A stretch of 64,000 nucleotides of DNA from the human T2T-CHM13v2.0 reference genome, Homo sapiens: NCBI RefSeq assembly GCF_009914755.1, contig NC_060936.1. The stretch is one strand, 5' to 3'. Positions 1 through 14,152 of the stretch are shown in pieces (position 1 is the first letter of the stretch; each line of letters begins with the position of its first letter). The notes beneath the pieces are model-generated. The model was not told the origin of the DNA. It did not search any database and saw only the letters and a program-made list of their open reading frames with translations. The translations under genes and the position numbers were made by a program.

Positions 1-388
1 ATTGTCCCCTCAAAATTTCATGTTGAAATGTGATGCCCAGTGTTTGAGGTGGGGATTGATGTGAGGTGTTTGTGTAAAGACGGCAGATCCCTCATGAGTG
101 GCTTGGTGCTGTAATGAGTGAGTGCCCTAGCTCTGTTAGTTACTACAACATCCCATCAGTAAAAAGATCCTGGCACCTCCTCCCCTCTCTCTTTCATTAT
201 GTGATGCACATGCTTCCCTCTTCGCCTTTCTTTATGATTGGAAGCTTCTTGAGGCTCTTGCTAGAAGCAAATGCTGGTTCCATGCTTCTTGTACAGTCTG
301 CAGAACCATGAGCCAAATAAAACTTTCCTTATCAATTAAGTACCCAGATTCAGATATTCCTTTATAGCAAGGCAAACAGACTAACATA
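1..388 (+). mobile_element. ERVL-MaLR solo LTR, MSTB-like (5' end cut by window edge)
   Basis: MST motifs: aaatttcatgttgaaatgtgat, gcagatccctcatgagtggcttggtg, cagaaccatgagccaaataaa; ends gcaaacagactaacata. Confidence 0.85.
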
Positions 389-458
389 CCATGTAACAAA
401 ACTATATTTGTACCCCTTAAGTTTATACACATAAAAATAAATACAATAAAATAAAATT
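389..458 (+). mobile_element. L1MA extreme 3' end with A-rich tail
   Basis: ccatgtaacaaaactatatttgtacccctt...aaaataaatacaataaaataaaa resembles the L1MA 3' terminus. Confidence 0.6.
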
Positions 459-604
459 GGAAAGTGTTACAGGCAGATGGCACATCCAGAGCCAATATCC
501 TAAGACATAGCATGCTGGGCTTGTCAGAAGGACTTCGGGGAGGACAGAGTGGCTGGAGCAGAGTGAGGTGGGGATAAAGTCATGGCAGATGAGGACCAGG
601 TCCT

Positions 605-850
605 TTTAATTTTTCCTTTTGGCAACAGCTTTATTGAGACATAATTTACATATCACATAATTCACCCACTTAAAGCATACAATTCAATTGTTTCAGTGTA
701 TTCAGAGTTATTCAACAGTCATCACAATCAATTTTAGAGCATTTTTATTACCCCCAAAATCAACCCCATACACTTCACCTATCACCTGCTAGTCCTCCCA
801 AGCCCTCAGTCCTAGGCACCCACTCATCTGTTTTCTGTCTCTACAGATTT
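605..850 (-). mobile_element. L1MB 3' end fragment
   Basis: cagctttattgagacataatttacatatcacataattcacccacttaaagcatacaattcaat...ttttctgtctctacagatttg matches the reverse L1MB 3'UTR pattern. Confidence 0.8.
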
Positions 851-1432
851 GAGACCCGGGTCTCTTAGGACTGCTGTAAAGGCTCCATCTTTGAGTTTTC
901 AGCAGGTAATTGATATAATTGACATACCAATTTAATAGAGTCCTTCTATAAGCCATGCTGTGAGTAAATTGATAGAGGTGGTTATGGAACTAATCCATCA
1001 AACAATGATCTTGCCTTGGAACAGAGTAATATTGGTGGAAGTGGGAATTGGAAATATATATATATATATATTTCTATATAATAAAAAATTACTAGCTGAT
1101 CTCAGAGATGGGGAGCTCTGTATTCTGACTGTATACTCAGTCTTTTTTTCCAGAATATGTTCTGAACATGTAATTATTTCTTAGCACTTTCCTTTGGCAA
1201 CATATTTCAGACAAAAGACTTGGTGAGTATCTCAAATGGAGATTTTGGGAAGTTATTTTCCAAGCAGAAATTAGCTTAGATCTCCCTCTTAGGATATATA
1301 GATGTTTGAATCTGATATGTGTGTTGAGATTAGGGGTAAAAGAGTAATATCTACTAGTGAGACTTTAGTGTTATTTTACATTTTTGAAAACAATAAGGTA
1401 GGTAGATATTATAACTACAATTAATATCCTTA

Positions 1433-1766
<334 letters not shown>

Positions 1767-2719
1767 AGTTGAAATGTATAGAGATTAAGTACCCTACCTA
1801 ATTATAAAAAAAAAAAATCACAAGTCAGAATTTTGACCAATGTCTCTTTGGTTACAGACATTCTTTGCAGTCATGCCAAATTAATAAAAATGTAAAGAAT
1901 GGTGCCACATAGCTATATGTCATCAAGAAACAAAATTCCTCTATTTTTATCATGCTTCTCATTTAATAAAAGAGTGGAATACTTTTCAAGTAAAATTACA
2001 AGAAAATAAAAATCATTTTAAAAGCTGTCTTGATTTGCTTTGTAAGGAGAGAAATGAAGTTTTATAATCTTATAAATGTCTTTGGAATCATGGACATAAA
2101 ATGGTATAAAGCTTTAAAGCTTATATCATGGTTTTAATATTAACTGTTTATTATCTGAACTTTTTATGACTTAAAATATTAAGATAGTGCTGGAAAATAT
2201 CTATGAGAACTGTTATGTGAATTTAGTTATTTAGGAAAAATGTTGTATTTCATTTTACTAGCTAAATATTCATTACAATGGAATTTTTATTAACAGAAGA
2301 ATGTTTATAGTATTAAGGTCGTGACATGTGCATTTTTCATATGATATTAAATATTCAAAGACTTTACAAACATTATTTTATTAAATTTACTTCAAAAGAG
2401 AAATAGGCATGCACACACATGTACGTAGAAGGAAATGGTATAACCAGCTAATTTATTGTACTCTACTTTTTCACTGGCATTTGATACTGCCTTTTAAAAA
2501 CTTGGGATATTTTGTTATTGTGATTTTTCATATCAGAGAACTTCCATAATATAATCCACACTTAATTGTTATTTAGGTGCCATAATGCATTTTCCTGAGC
2601 TCACAATATTAAAATGTGCAGAGTTTCTTCAATCTCCCCTTCAGAATTACCCTGTACCTTTCCCATTCTAATCTCTAATGAGGATGCTGATATTTATAAA
2701 TTGAATACTTGTAGTCTGG

Positions 2720-3098
2720 GCCCTCTTCCTTCCATTTAGGTTTTGTCATGGGGACAATGATAAGGACACCTGGGAAAAAGGTGAGAGAAGTTGCATACTT
2801 ATTTCCTCCTGTGTCCCTTGAGGTCACCACTACTGACTTTCCTCGAAAGGAAGTTCATTGCTCCTCTTTGTGAGGCCAGCTCTACATGAAGCTCCATCCT
2901 GCTGGTTTCTAATAACATCTCTCCCCTTATCCTAGGAGTGATTACAGACTGCTGATACTGGCTTCATATTTTGGTACACTTTTACTTCCTCTCTATTCTA
3001 TTTATACCAGTGCAATTAATCATTTATATGTAAGCCCTCTTAAGACTATATTAAAAGTGAGAATGTCATCTGTTCTCTGTCGGTTTCCTGATTGATTT
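2720..3098 (+). mobile_element. Old ERVL LTR, LTR33-like
   Basis: tctccccttatcctaggagtg and 3' end atgtcatctgttctctgtcggtttcctgattgattta resemble LTR33. Confidence 0.55.
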
Positions 3099-6000
3099 AG
3101 AAACAGCAAAGCAACTAAACCCAAGGAAGATGTCCTTTAGCATCTATCTGCTTTTCCTTAATATTTCGAATCCAGAATATATTACTGAGGTTGATATCTC
3201 AGAATATTGTAGAATTTAGGATATAAATTTTGGTTCTATGAAACACCTCTTCCAAAATTTAAAAAGTAATTATTATGGAATAATTTATGTATAGCAAACA
3301 TTGGTGTAATTGCAAAAGCAATATACTTTTGGTAAGAAAATGCCTATTATCCTCTCATATTTTGTAGACAGACAAGTATGAAGCAACAGACGTTGAAATT
3401 ATTAAGAATAATCTAACAATGTCACGATTTTGGCATTTTATTTGGTTTGGCTAGAAACTATGAGCTCACATTTTATCTGAACCCTGTCTGAACTAACTTA
3501 AGCAAAACTTAGAGGCTTTGGTTCATAGAGGTTGTGCTGAATCTTTTTTTTTTTTTTGGATTCATTTTGCTATCCATGAGTTTTACTTAGAAGTTTGGAT
3601 TTGCTCCCAAAATGATTTTCAGAAATTATTTCTAAAACCATAGAAACTTTAAGCATTTAGCAATAATGCAAGAATAACTGAACAATAAGGGAGAAAAGAT
3701 TTGAATCATATGAAAAAGCATAATACGGATTCTATTTTACTATCGGTTTACGAAAATATTTCATATACCAGTATAAGTAGAAATGGCTGTTTTCAAAATA
3801 GATGTAAATTTCAGTGTTCCCAGGGGACCCAAGACAACAATTCACTTCGGTCATTTTATTTCAAAATCATATCTCTGATTAACTAAAATATTAGTCTTTA
3901 GGAAAGAATATAGAATTTTGTCTTTTAAAAAAGGTTTATAAATTGCATGATGTACTTTTCTATTTTAATTATTGATATGATTATCTATTTTACTTATGAA
4001 TTATGTGGACATAGTATGATAATCCAGGATTATTTCAATTCTAACTTATTTTTTTAAATTGACTAGGTTAGATATTATTGTTATTGTTTTATATGGTCAG
4101 TGTTTATTTAGTTATCCACATGTCAAACATTTTATTTGAAAACCATCCCCTTCTGTATCTCAGTCCTTTTCTTGGGAATTTCCCAGAGCCAAGGCCTAGG
4201 TAGGTGTGCCCCATTCTCTTGGGTAGATTCCTTTCTGATGCACCCACAAAGGCTGTACCTCTTCCCAGATCCTGACATTTTGTGAATAGCTCTGTTCTGA
4301 ACTTCCTGCCCTTGCCCTCTGCTTAAGTGTCAGGCTTTGGCTTCTGCACTAGGTTCATTTGATTAATCTAAAGGCACATTTTAGTACTCCAGAGATGAGC
4401 AGATACATCAGGCTGATCATTGGTTCCACAGTTTTTTCACTCCTACGGATTTGTGCCTCTTTAACCTCAGGAAAATATCTCCAGTTTGTCTGCATAAAAC
4501 TGAAGATTAGAAAACTATATTTAAAACTCTATCTACTGTTTTCAGTTGTTTTAGGTGTTTTCTGATATCTGGTTCCCTATGTTGCTAGAAATACAAGCCT
4601 AAACATGTATGCTTCAAGAATATATTGAATAAATATTTTCTTAGGCCTGTATTCTTTGTACATATATTATTCTTATAAATAAATGTATGAACAATATATT
4701 GATACATTCTCAAAGTATATCATTTAATATAAAGAATTCACATTATAAATACAATATATGATATGAAGTATGTATTTTTATAAAATATTTAAAAATAAAT
4801 AAGTTAATTTAGCCAATTAATCATTTCACAAAGGTTATTTAGCAAATTGACCATCTGGAGCAATTAGTTGTTTTTCCATGAATTCAGTGGAATTGGCAAT
4901 GCAGTGAATTAGTTAGGTAAATTGGAATTCCAGTCATGTAGGATTTTTCATGTGTGGAAAGGACCTATATCCATCTGATATCCCTATCCAGAAATAAATC
5001 TTTTCATCTGCAGAGTGCAGGTGGACAAGAAGGAGTTTACTTTGTTGTGAAGCTAATAAAGAGTCCTGAATTTCTTAACTACTTTTTAAAGAAACTTTTA
5101 CTTAATCTTTTTGGTGCTAAATATAATATATTTTCTTTCCATCCTTCAAAGATACTTATTGCTATCAGTGAAACTGGAACTATCAGTTAAATGTTCCTGG
5201 GATTCTGGGTCATAAGTCAACTTGATTCTTGCTAACTTTGTCCTACTGTAGGCATTTGGTTTCATCTTACTGGCTAAATCAGCTATCACTGTTATTTCTC
5301 TATTTTATCTTTTGAAATTTGTTGACATACCTTCTCTGCTATTTCTCCAGCCAGTTATTGGCTAATGTAGGTTGTTCCTTTTAAAAATGTATTCCCTGCT
5401 GTTGTAATGAAGCTATGAGTGGGATTAGAAGTAAATACTTATTTAATTATTGGGGTTTAACTGAACATCTTACTCCATTAGATAACTAATTTTAGAACAT
5501 ATCATAATAAATAATGCAATGATTAACTTCCTTATTCTAACATTTTGTGTGCATAACTTTTAAAAGATGTTGACATTTTAAATACTAACTTAAGCCTTTT
5601 GATTAAATCTTTTTTAAAAATTTATTTAGACAATTACAATGTATATTTTATTTTTATATATAAAGTTAATTTTGTAACAATAAAAAGTAATCCCAAGTAA
5701 ATTCAAGACCTCTTGAAAATTTGTTTAACATAGTGCATACCTTAATATTTTGAATGCTTGCTTGTTTTCTAGGAAAGAGGACTTTAATTCGATTCTTAAG
5801 GGATGCCATTAACAGCAGCAAAAACAAAAGCTTTATACTTTGGATTGTAGAATTGAAGTTAAAATTGCCAAGTTTTTTCTCTTCAATCCACAATGACTGG
5901 GAAGTGTTTATAATTATCATGCGTAACAAAACTCCAATGTTTAATACAACCTGCATTATATGTATTCAAACTCTCTTAAGTTTTGCTGGAATAAATGACT

Positions 6001-6343
6001 ATTAAGATGTTGTGTTTTCAACAGCTATCTACTACAATATGTTTTAAGATAAACATTGAATAAAATATGGATTTTTTTCAAATAAAATATCAGACTAATA
6101 AAATAATTACACATCGTAAAAACTTCCACTAGACTATCTGTATCAAGAACTTAATTTTTATAGCTTATCATCATAATACTTTTCCCATACTTATAGAAAA
6201 TATTTTAAAATGTACCTTCACCCAAATTTGTTAATTATTAAAATAAACTAAGAAAAATATCGAGATTGGTATTTCCAAGACTTTCAGGTGATTTAGTAGT
6301 TACAAGTATTTATTTATCATTTTCATTTTTCTTCTTTAACTAG

Positions 6344-6676
<333 letters not shown>

Positions 6677-6937
6677 CTGGTTAATTATTTTTTAAACTTC
6701 TCTTTATATATAGTACAAATAAAATCTTCTTAATTTATTCATATGATTTAAGATATGTGATTTTATTTTTACCAAAATGATAAAACTCCACCAACAGATT
6801 TAATAATGTATAAACAACATTCTGTCCAGAATTTAGAGTAAATATTGAGAGTGAAATTAGTGGTGGTATAAAGTGATATGTTTGAAAAGATTTGCCACAA
6901 AATAATATAATTTTAATTTTATTTTTTAAAAAGGTGG

Positions 6938-7243
6938 TTTTTGTTTTGTTTTGTTTTGTTTTGTTTTGTTTTTGCCTCTGTTGCCCAGGTTGGGGTGTAG
7001 TGGCACCATCACAGCTCACTGCAGCCTGAACCACTGGGTCTCAAGGGATTTTCCTGACTCAGCCTCCTGAGTAACTGGGATCACAGGTGCATGCTACCAT
7101 GCCTGGCTAAGTTTTTTATTATTTCTAGGGATGAGGTCTTGCTATGTTTCCCAGGAAGTTCTCAAACTCTTGGGCTCAACCCATCCTCCTGCCTCAGCTT
7201 CCCCAAGTGCTGGGATTACAGGTGTGAGCCACTATGATTGACC
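6938..7243 (-). mobile_element. AluJ with (GTTTT)n tail
   Basis: J-type features (atcacagctcactgcagcct, gaggtcttgctatgtt, gggctcaa); highly diverged. Confidence 0.9.
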
Positions 7244-8064
7244 AATTTTTTAAAAGTTTTCTATAGCAATATATTAACTTATAGATAATACTGCATAATA
7301 ATATCAGGCATTAATAATTTAGATATGAAATAGAGCAATACACTGAAGGTTGGTAAATTCAAATCTATGATATTAATAGCTTTTATTAATAAATGTAACA
7401 TTTTAGGAGGTATATACAATTTTAACAAGGTCATTTTACTAGATTCATATTTAATAATATTGTCAGAAAGTTATGTTTTATATTTGTAATAAAAGCAAAT
7501 TTTTATGCTCCTTTCAGTTGGTTGTCTATTCTGTTACTCGTTTCTAGTTGCATAATGATAATTTCTTTAAATCTACTATTTCTCTTTTTTTCTAACTACT
7601 TTTATCAAATGAGAGAAATCAATACATTTTTTCATTTGATAAAATGAAACGTATTATCTCAATTAAAATATCATAGAAAGTAAGGAGAAAGAAAATCCTC
7701 AAATCTTTATAACTGTAATTTCAGTGATAATTATGGTACATTTTAATCTATGTTTATTTGATTTATTTAACCTTTCTGCCACTATATGACAGAAAAATTA
7801 AATTTCCATCTAGTCTTATTTACATAATTGAGAATATACTACATATATAATTTTATGTTTTCTTTGTTATTTTTACTTAACAACATATATTCCATGTTTT
7901 CTCACAAAGTTACCATCTACTTGTTTTTTAAATATGTAGGATTATGTCATATTCTATCTGATGCATGCATCATAATTTGTTTAATGAAATGATTTTTCAC
8001 GTTTTCCACTAAGGTAAATATATAGAAATACTTTTAAATATATTTAATACTTAATAATACAATA

Positions 8065-8200
8065 TTCCGGACAGTGCATTCTCCTCACAGTTACCCTGTG
8101 ATATGAGTGCACTTATTACCATTGTTTAGAAGAAACTGAGGCTTGCCAAAGTCTTATAGTTTTATAAGTGATGGATCTGAGATCATTTTTTGTCAAAGTT
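8065..8200 (-). mobile_element. MIR fragment
   Basis: MIR core: ctcctcacagttaccctgtga...agaagaaactgaggcttgccaaagtc. Confidence 0.7.
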
Positions 8201-8359
8201 TCAGATTAGTTTCTTATGACATATTCATAGTCGAGTTACTAGAGAGGATTACTTTTATGTCATTTGAAAATTGATAAAATACTTTCTCAGAATAGTTGTA
8301 GTAATTTACATTCCTATGACCTGTTCATAAGCATGGCTTGGTATTCTCACTGGTGGATA

Positions 8360-8832
8360 GATTAACAAGAAGTATATAAGGAAAATGTGAGGAATCAGAT
8401 CTAAGAAAAAAGAAAAACTTAGGGAGGCTCTGCAATTGAAGTAGAGGGAAACAACACTTTCCATAAAAGCAGGGAACATCTATTACTTTGGCTAAGGATG
8501 CTTTTGTTTTCTTGTGGCAAAAGTGCTGTAGTTTTAGAGAACCCGATAATGTACAATTGCCTTCACTTATGATGTCACTAATAGGCAAGGTGCCTTGTTT
8601 TCTCCCGACCAAGACAAACGACCCAAGCAAGGGTAATTAGAGCCTTTTGCTCTGGAATTTGAATCTTGAACAGATAAACCAAACACTGAAAAACATAGGA
8701 GCCATTCAGATTGACAGGGTTACTCTGAAGTGACAGTAATTGTTTCCCTCTACCTAAATTGCACAGCCTCCCTAAGTCTTTCTTTACTAAGACCTGATCC
8801 CTCACTTTTTCTTTGTATTATTCTTGTTGATC
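8360..8832. repeat. Long inverted repeat: arms 8360-8454 and 8740-8832, ~285-bp spacer
   Basis: Hand alignment of left arm against reverse complement of right arm: about 14 mismatches plus a 2-nt gap over 95 nt (~83%). Confidence 0.9.
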
Positions 8833-9461
8833 CCTGTTTGTTAAATAAATTTGTTTTTTGCTTAACATAATTGTCATGAGCTTTAATAATATGTTAAGTT
8901 GTAATTAACTTTTTCTAAATAAATCATTACATTTATTTAGATATTAAACAATTCTTTTTCCCCAAAATTGTTCTTTAGCAGTTATTTGTGCTGTCATTTT
9001 ATATACATGAAATTCGTGTATTTAATATGATATGCTTTTTTATTGATTTCTTTGTATCCTCCTCTTCTAGTAGGACACTGATATGTTTAATGAGATTGTA
9101 TAATCTATTTTAATGTATTATAGAACTTGTTTCCCCAGGTAATTCTTCATTAGATTAGCTTCTTAGCTTTTCCTTCAATGGTCTTTTTAACTATTTTATA
9201 ATTTTACTGAGAATTACATTTATACAGGAACTTAGGATAAACTGGCATCTTTATACTATTTATTCCAATGTTGTTTTATTTGGAATGCTTGTTTAAATAG
9301 ATCCATATGTATTATTTATAATCATATAAATTCTTACGGTTATTTCATTGGTATGTTGTAGCTACTTTAGTCAAGCACTGATTGTTTAAAAACTCGGATT
9401 ATTTTATGATGTGAGAAAACACACACGAATCATCCAATGGGGAAAAATACATGTATTTATA

Positions 9462-10579
9462 TGAGGGGACATTGAAAAGTTTCTGGAAAATGGAATTAGA
9501 AAGTAAAAATGAAAAAATACAAACATTTTTTCTTAACATAAACTCCATCAAAGTCAAGCACTTTTGTAAGTGATGATACCAGTCATTTAGTCTGTCCCTA
9601 AAGAACTGAGGGTCCTGGAAATTTAACCATGGTAATGTAGTCTTTTTTTACATTATCAACTGAAGAAAAATGGGTGATCTTTACTCATTTTTTTAAGATT
9701 AGAAAAAACAATCAGAATAAGCCATATCAGGATCATAAGGTGGATGCCTAGTGATTTTCCACTGAAACTCTCACAAAATTGCCCTTGTTTGATGAGACAC
9801 ATGAGTGGGAGCATTGCCATGGTGGATTAGGACTCTCTGGTGAAGCTTTCTCAGGCATTTTCTGCTAGACCTTTGGGAAACTTTGTTAAAACACTCTTAT
9901 AATAAGCAGATGTTATCATTATTTGGCCCTCCATAAAGTCAATAAGCAAAATGCTTTTAATCGTTGGCCCTCTTCAATTAGGGCACAAACAAGATGAATT
10001 TTTTTCCTTATAGATTGATGTGGATGATCTGCTGCTATGGGCTTCATCTTTAACACCATCTCATCTCTTCTTAAAATGAGTTACTTGTTTGTAAGCTGTT
10101 GATTTCTTGGGGCATGTTTTCATAAAATTTATGCTTTTAATTGTTGGTCCTCTTCAATTAGGGCACAAACAAGATGAATTTTTTTCCTTACAGATTGATG
10201 TGGATGGTCTACTGCTATGGGATTCATCTTTAACATCATCTCATCTCTTCTTAAAATGAGTTATTTGTTTGTAAACTATTGATTTCTTAGGGCATGTTTT
10301 CATAAAATTTCATGAAGAACCAATTATTTCATCATTCTTCCACCCAAGCTTCACCATAAGTTTGATGTTTGTTCTTGCTTCAATTTTAGCAGAATTCATG
10401 TTGCTCTGATAGGTGTTCTTTTCAAAATGATGTGTTACCCTTTCTAGTGCTTTAGACTAAATCCTGTTTAGATATGTTATAATAAGTTAGTACAAGTGTA
10501 TTTTGGTGCAAAAATTTGAAATCCATGAGTAATTTTTTTGATACTATGGATTTTCCATGAGCTTTTTGTAGTCATCTTA
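9462..10579 (-). mobile_element. HSMAR2 mariner DNA transposon, internally deleted, dead transposase
   Basis: Both TIRs (tgaggggacattgaaaagtttctggaaaa; reverse taagatgactacaaaaagctcatggaaaa) flanked by TA; minus-strand ATG at 10399 (atgaattctgctaaaattgaagcaagaacaaacatc); decayed HPPYSPDLA motif near 9720-9750. Confidence 0.93.
9951..10310. repeat. 180-bp tandem duplication inside HSMAR2
   Basis: 9951-10130 vs 10131-10310: 11 substitutions, no gaps (~94%). Confidence 0.97.
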
Positions 10580-11066
10580 TATTCCCCTTCTGGAAATACA
10601 GTAGCCTGAGTTACTTGGACCAATCACATTGATGAACACAATTTAGAAATGAAAAAGACACTAGTGGCTAGTTTACCTAGGTCACCCATTATGGATGAAT
10701 GCATTCATTTTCCCAGTATTGGGAGAGCTGTCCTGCCCAAATTTATGCCTTCCTTGGATATATCTCTTAACCTAATTACTAATCAATGGGGTAGATCACA
10801 AGCCTTGTTGCTCTTCTCGACATTTCCTGATCCACCCTTCAGAGCTCCACAGGACATCAGGTAATGTTTCTCCCTCCTACCCAAATGCAAAATTTTAGTT
10901 TTGACAGTACAACAGGGAAAGGGAAATGAAGTAAAAAGCCAGAGTCTCTCCAAGGGAGGAAGACCAATAAGAATACTTCTTCACCTTAAGCTTGGATCCA
11001 AAGGGCTATATTCACAGAGCAAGCCTGAAAACAAAATAAAAATTCTCTTCCCAGCTCCTCAAGGAA

Positions 11067-11070
<4 letters not shown>

Positions 11071-11116
<46 letters not shown>
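11071..11116. repeat. (AC)23 microsatellite
   Basis: Perfect dinucleotide run. Confidence 0.99.
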
Positions 11117-11118
<2 letters not shown>

Positions 11119-12684
11119 AAATTTTGCCTTGGTGCCAAGGAGAGACAAGGGGAAAACCATATCTATCTCTATAATATTGAATGCAAAGCGAATAAAGTGA
11201 GTTTCTCAGGGCAGGGTTCATGTTTCTGAAATGCTTATATTTCTAATACACTGTAGGATGTTATTAAGTATTTGTCAAATGAACACTTAGAAAACAAACA
11301 TGTTATGTGCCAAAGCCAGAAATAAAACAAATGCTTTTAGAATAATAAAGGCAATTTCAGATTGCAACAAAGGAATATAATGGTTAAATTATGGTATGAG
11401 TTTTCTTGTTAGAATGGTAATAACAAATTAATTTTTTCAAGATATTATATTAACTTTCATGTTAAATAACTATAGTTAATGTGACAACATGAATGCTGTA
11501 AATTTTCTTGTTGTCTGAGAAATAGTTTGTACTAATTTGAGTGGGAGACTAAAGATGATCTGGTTAAATTAACATAACATCTCATCATTACACTAACTCC
11601 ATGCTATACTTTAGATGAGCAGCAAAAGGTAAAATCCTTTGCAAAGGAAAACTAAAAGTAATAGCACTCCTTCCTTGAAGTTTTAAAACTTGTTGCCTTA
11701 AAACACATACTGAGAGCACGTCTCAATAAATCAAAACAAACATCTACAGAAGAAAAAGACATGTTAAGATAATTGAAAAGTATGAGTGTATACTGTGTGT
11801 GTGTGTTTGTGCATGCACGTATTTCAAAATTTTATTTTCTCATTCTGTGAATACTAACTAAATTCAGGTCTCTTGAGAGAAACTGCTGAAACTGTATCAT
11901 TGTTCAGGAAGCAGGAACTGGCTTTTGATAAAAGCCTTCCCTTTCTCTTCCATAATGCATCTGGGACCTTCACAGTTGATTACTGTAATATTTATATAAT
12001 ATAGCTTTGACGTACAATTGAGAACTATAACACATTTTATATGGAAAAAAATTGGCTAGCTTCAGGTAATTTTAATGAATTGGAAGAAAGCCTATTTTGT
12101 TTCATCTGAAATCAAGAAAGAGTGCGAGGCTAGTTACTAAATACTAGTCAGTTTCTTTTATAAAGAATGCTTAGAATTTTTTTTGGATGTGGGTCCAAAA
12201 ATCCTTCATTACTGCATTATAAAACTCAAATAAAAATGGTGCCTTCTTACAGACCCCATTAACTGCAGTATCAGATTGATGATGGCCTTGCTCTTAGGAA
12301 AACCAAGATAATTGTACTATGTTTTTTTCACATCACTACTTTTCTTGATGGATATGGAAAGAAATCTTATTATACTGAATTGAGAGGCTCAAAAATGATG
12401 AAAATTATTTTCTTTTCGCCGTGCCTCAATTTATTTATAAGGAACACTATTCTATGAGATTTCAGATAGGTATTAAAATAAAAAATAAAAATAAAAAACT
12501 AGAAACCTCACTAGTTCAATATACTAGGTTAAAATAACTTAGTTACTACAGAATCTCCAAACTTTCATTTATGATCACTTGTTTTCATTGATTATATAAC
12601 ATAGGTGTTTAGTATAAAAATATATAGGAAGCATTTTAATAAAATAAAATATATGTGAAAATCTAATTTCTTATGTCATATTGA

Positions 12685-13050
12685 GAAGCCCTGGATATGT
12701 ACTGAGAAGGGTATATCACTCTTGTGGTATTCTTGCCAAAAATGTTTACATTCAAACCAGTCATGAGAAAATGTCAGACCATCCAAATTTAGTGATATTC
12801 TGCAAATTAACTGGCCACTACTCAATAAAAATGTGAAAGTTTTAAAAGATAAGGAAAGACTAAGGATCTGTCATAGATTATAGGCAACTTAGGAGGCATA
12901 ATGATTAAATGCGCTGTGTGATTCTGATTTACTCCAGGAAAAGAGAAAGGACTTAATGGGAAAAAGCAAAAACAGAAAATGAAAAACCAAAAAACAAAAA
13001 CCCTGGAATAGAATAATGTCTGTTGTTTAATTAATAGCCTTATAATGATT
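12685..13050 (+). mobile_element. L1MC (L1MC4-like) 3' region
   Basis: gtggtattcttgccaaaaatg...catgagaaaatgtcagacc...aaagataaggaaagactaagg. Confidence 0.7.
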
Positions 13051-13924
13051 CTCTATGCCTACATTCACACACATCTTCGTAAGTGATTATTTGTGCTTTT
13101 TATTTTTTTTACAATAGACTACTTTTAAAAAGCCCTTTCTGTTTGCTTTCTCAGCTTAATCTATCTTCAACTAAAAGAAATTGAAATTAACAAAGTAGAT
13201 TCCCTTCTACATATTTCTCCACAGAATCATACAAAACCAAAAACTGTCTTTTACAAACACACACATACATTTACAGACAATTTGATAGGATTGTTTCTTT
13301 ATGAATAATATGTATCATTTAGGAAACATTTTTATCTAATTTTTAAAAATACCTCATGGAAATCTTTTCAAGTCAATAGCATAGATATAATTAATTATTT
13401 TTATGGGAAAATGTTTCATGCCATTTAATAACATACCAGCATTTATTCAACCATTCCCTTAATGATGAGCATTCATTTTATTTCTAAGTTTGGTTTTCAG
13501 CCAGCAGATCCATAATAAATTACCCTTTGAATTTCTGGGCATATTCATACTTTCATTTCTATGAGAGAGATTCTCATGAATAGGAATGTTAGAATAAAAT
13601 ATACATATTTTAGCTATAATTGACTGTAATGTTTCCCTTGAGGTAATGATTCAAATTTCTACACTATACAGAAGTAGATCTTTCCACTTATTACTGACAG
13701 CCATAAATATTGCCATCTGTTAACATTTCTTTCATATAGATGATAAGTAACCTTTTATTGTTACTTCAATTTCTTTTGAGCTTAATTTTGTCTTCAACTC
13801 ATAGTAAGATTGAGCATCATCAGTTATACTCATAGGTTATTGAAACTAACTCTTCTTTGAGTTGTTAATTTGTATATTTTTCTATGGGAATATTTGTCTT
13901 TTAGTTTTCAATGTGTAAATGACT

Positions 13925-14152
13925 TTTTTAATGACTTTTCTGTTGAGACTGGTTCTTTCTCTGTCAAACAGACTGGAGTGCAGTAACATGATCAGTTTTC
14001 TGAGTAGCTGGGAATACAGGCACACACCGCCATGTGCAGCTAATTTTTTTTTTTTATTTTTTTTGTAGAGACAGGAGTCTTACTATGTTTTCCAGTCTGG
14101 TTTCAAACTTCTGGGCTCAGTCTGGTTTCAAACTTCTGGGCTCAAGCGATCC
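13925..14152 (-). mobile_element. Degraded, truncated AluJ with internal deletion and a perfect 25-bp tandem duplication
   Basis: ctggagtgcagt, gagtagctgggaatacagg, ttgtagagacagg; cagtctggtttcaaacttctgggct twice (14093-14142). Confidence 0.85.

Noticed and set aside
851-864. 14-bp palindrome GAGACCCGGGTCTC (two BsaI sites around SmaI, cloning-scar-like) at an L1MB breakpoint
   Set aside because: A few 14-bp palindromes are expected by chance in 64 kb, and there is no other vector sequence.
4805-4935. Imperfect palindromic stretch with repeated aattg/gaatt units (MER53-like MITE?)
   Set aside because: Too degenerate to align by eye or assign with confidence.
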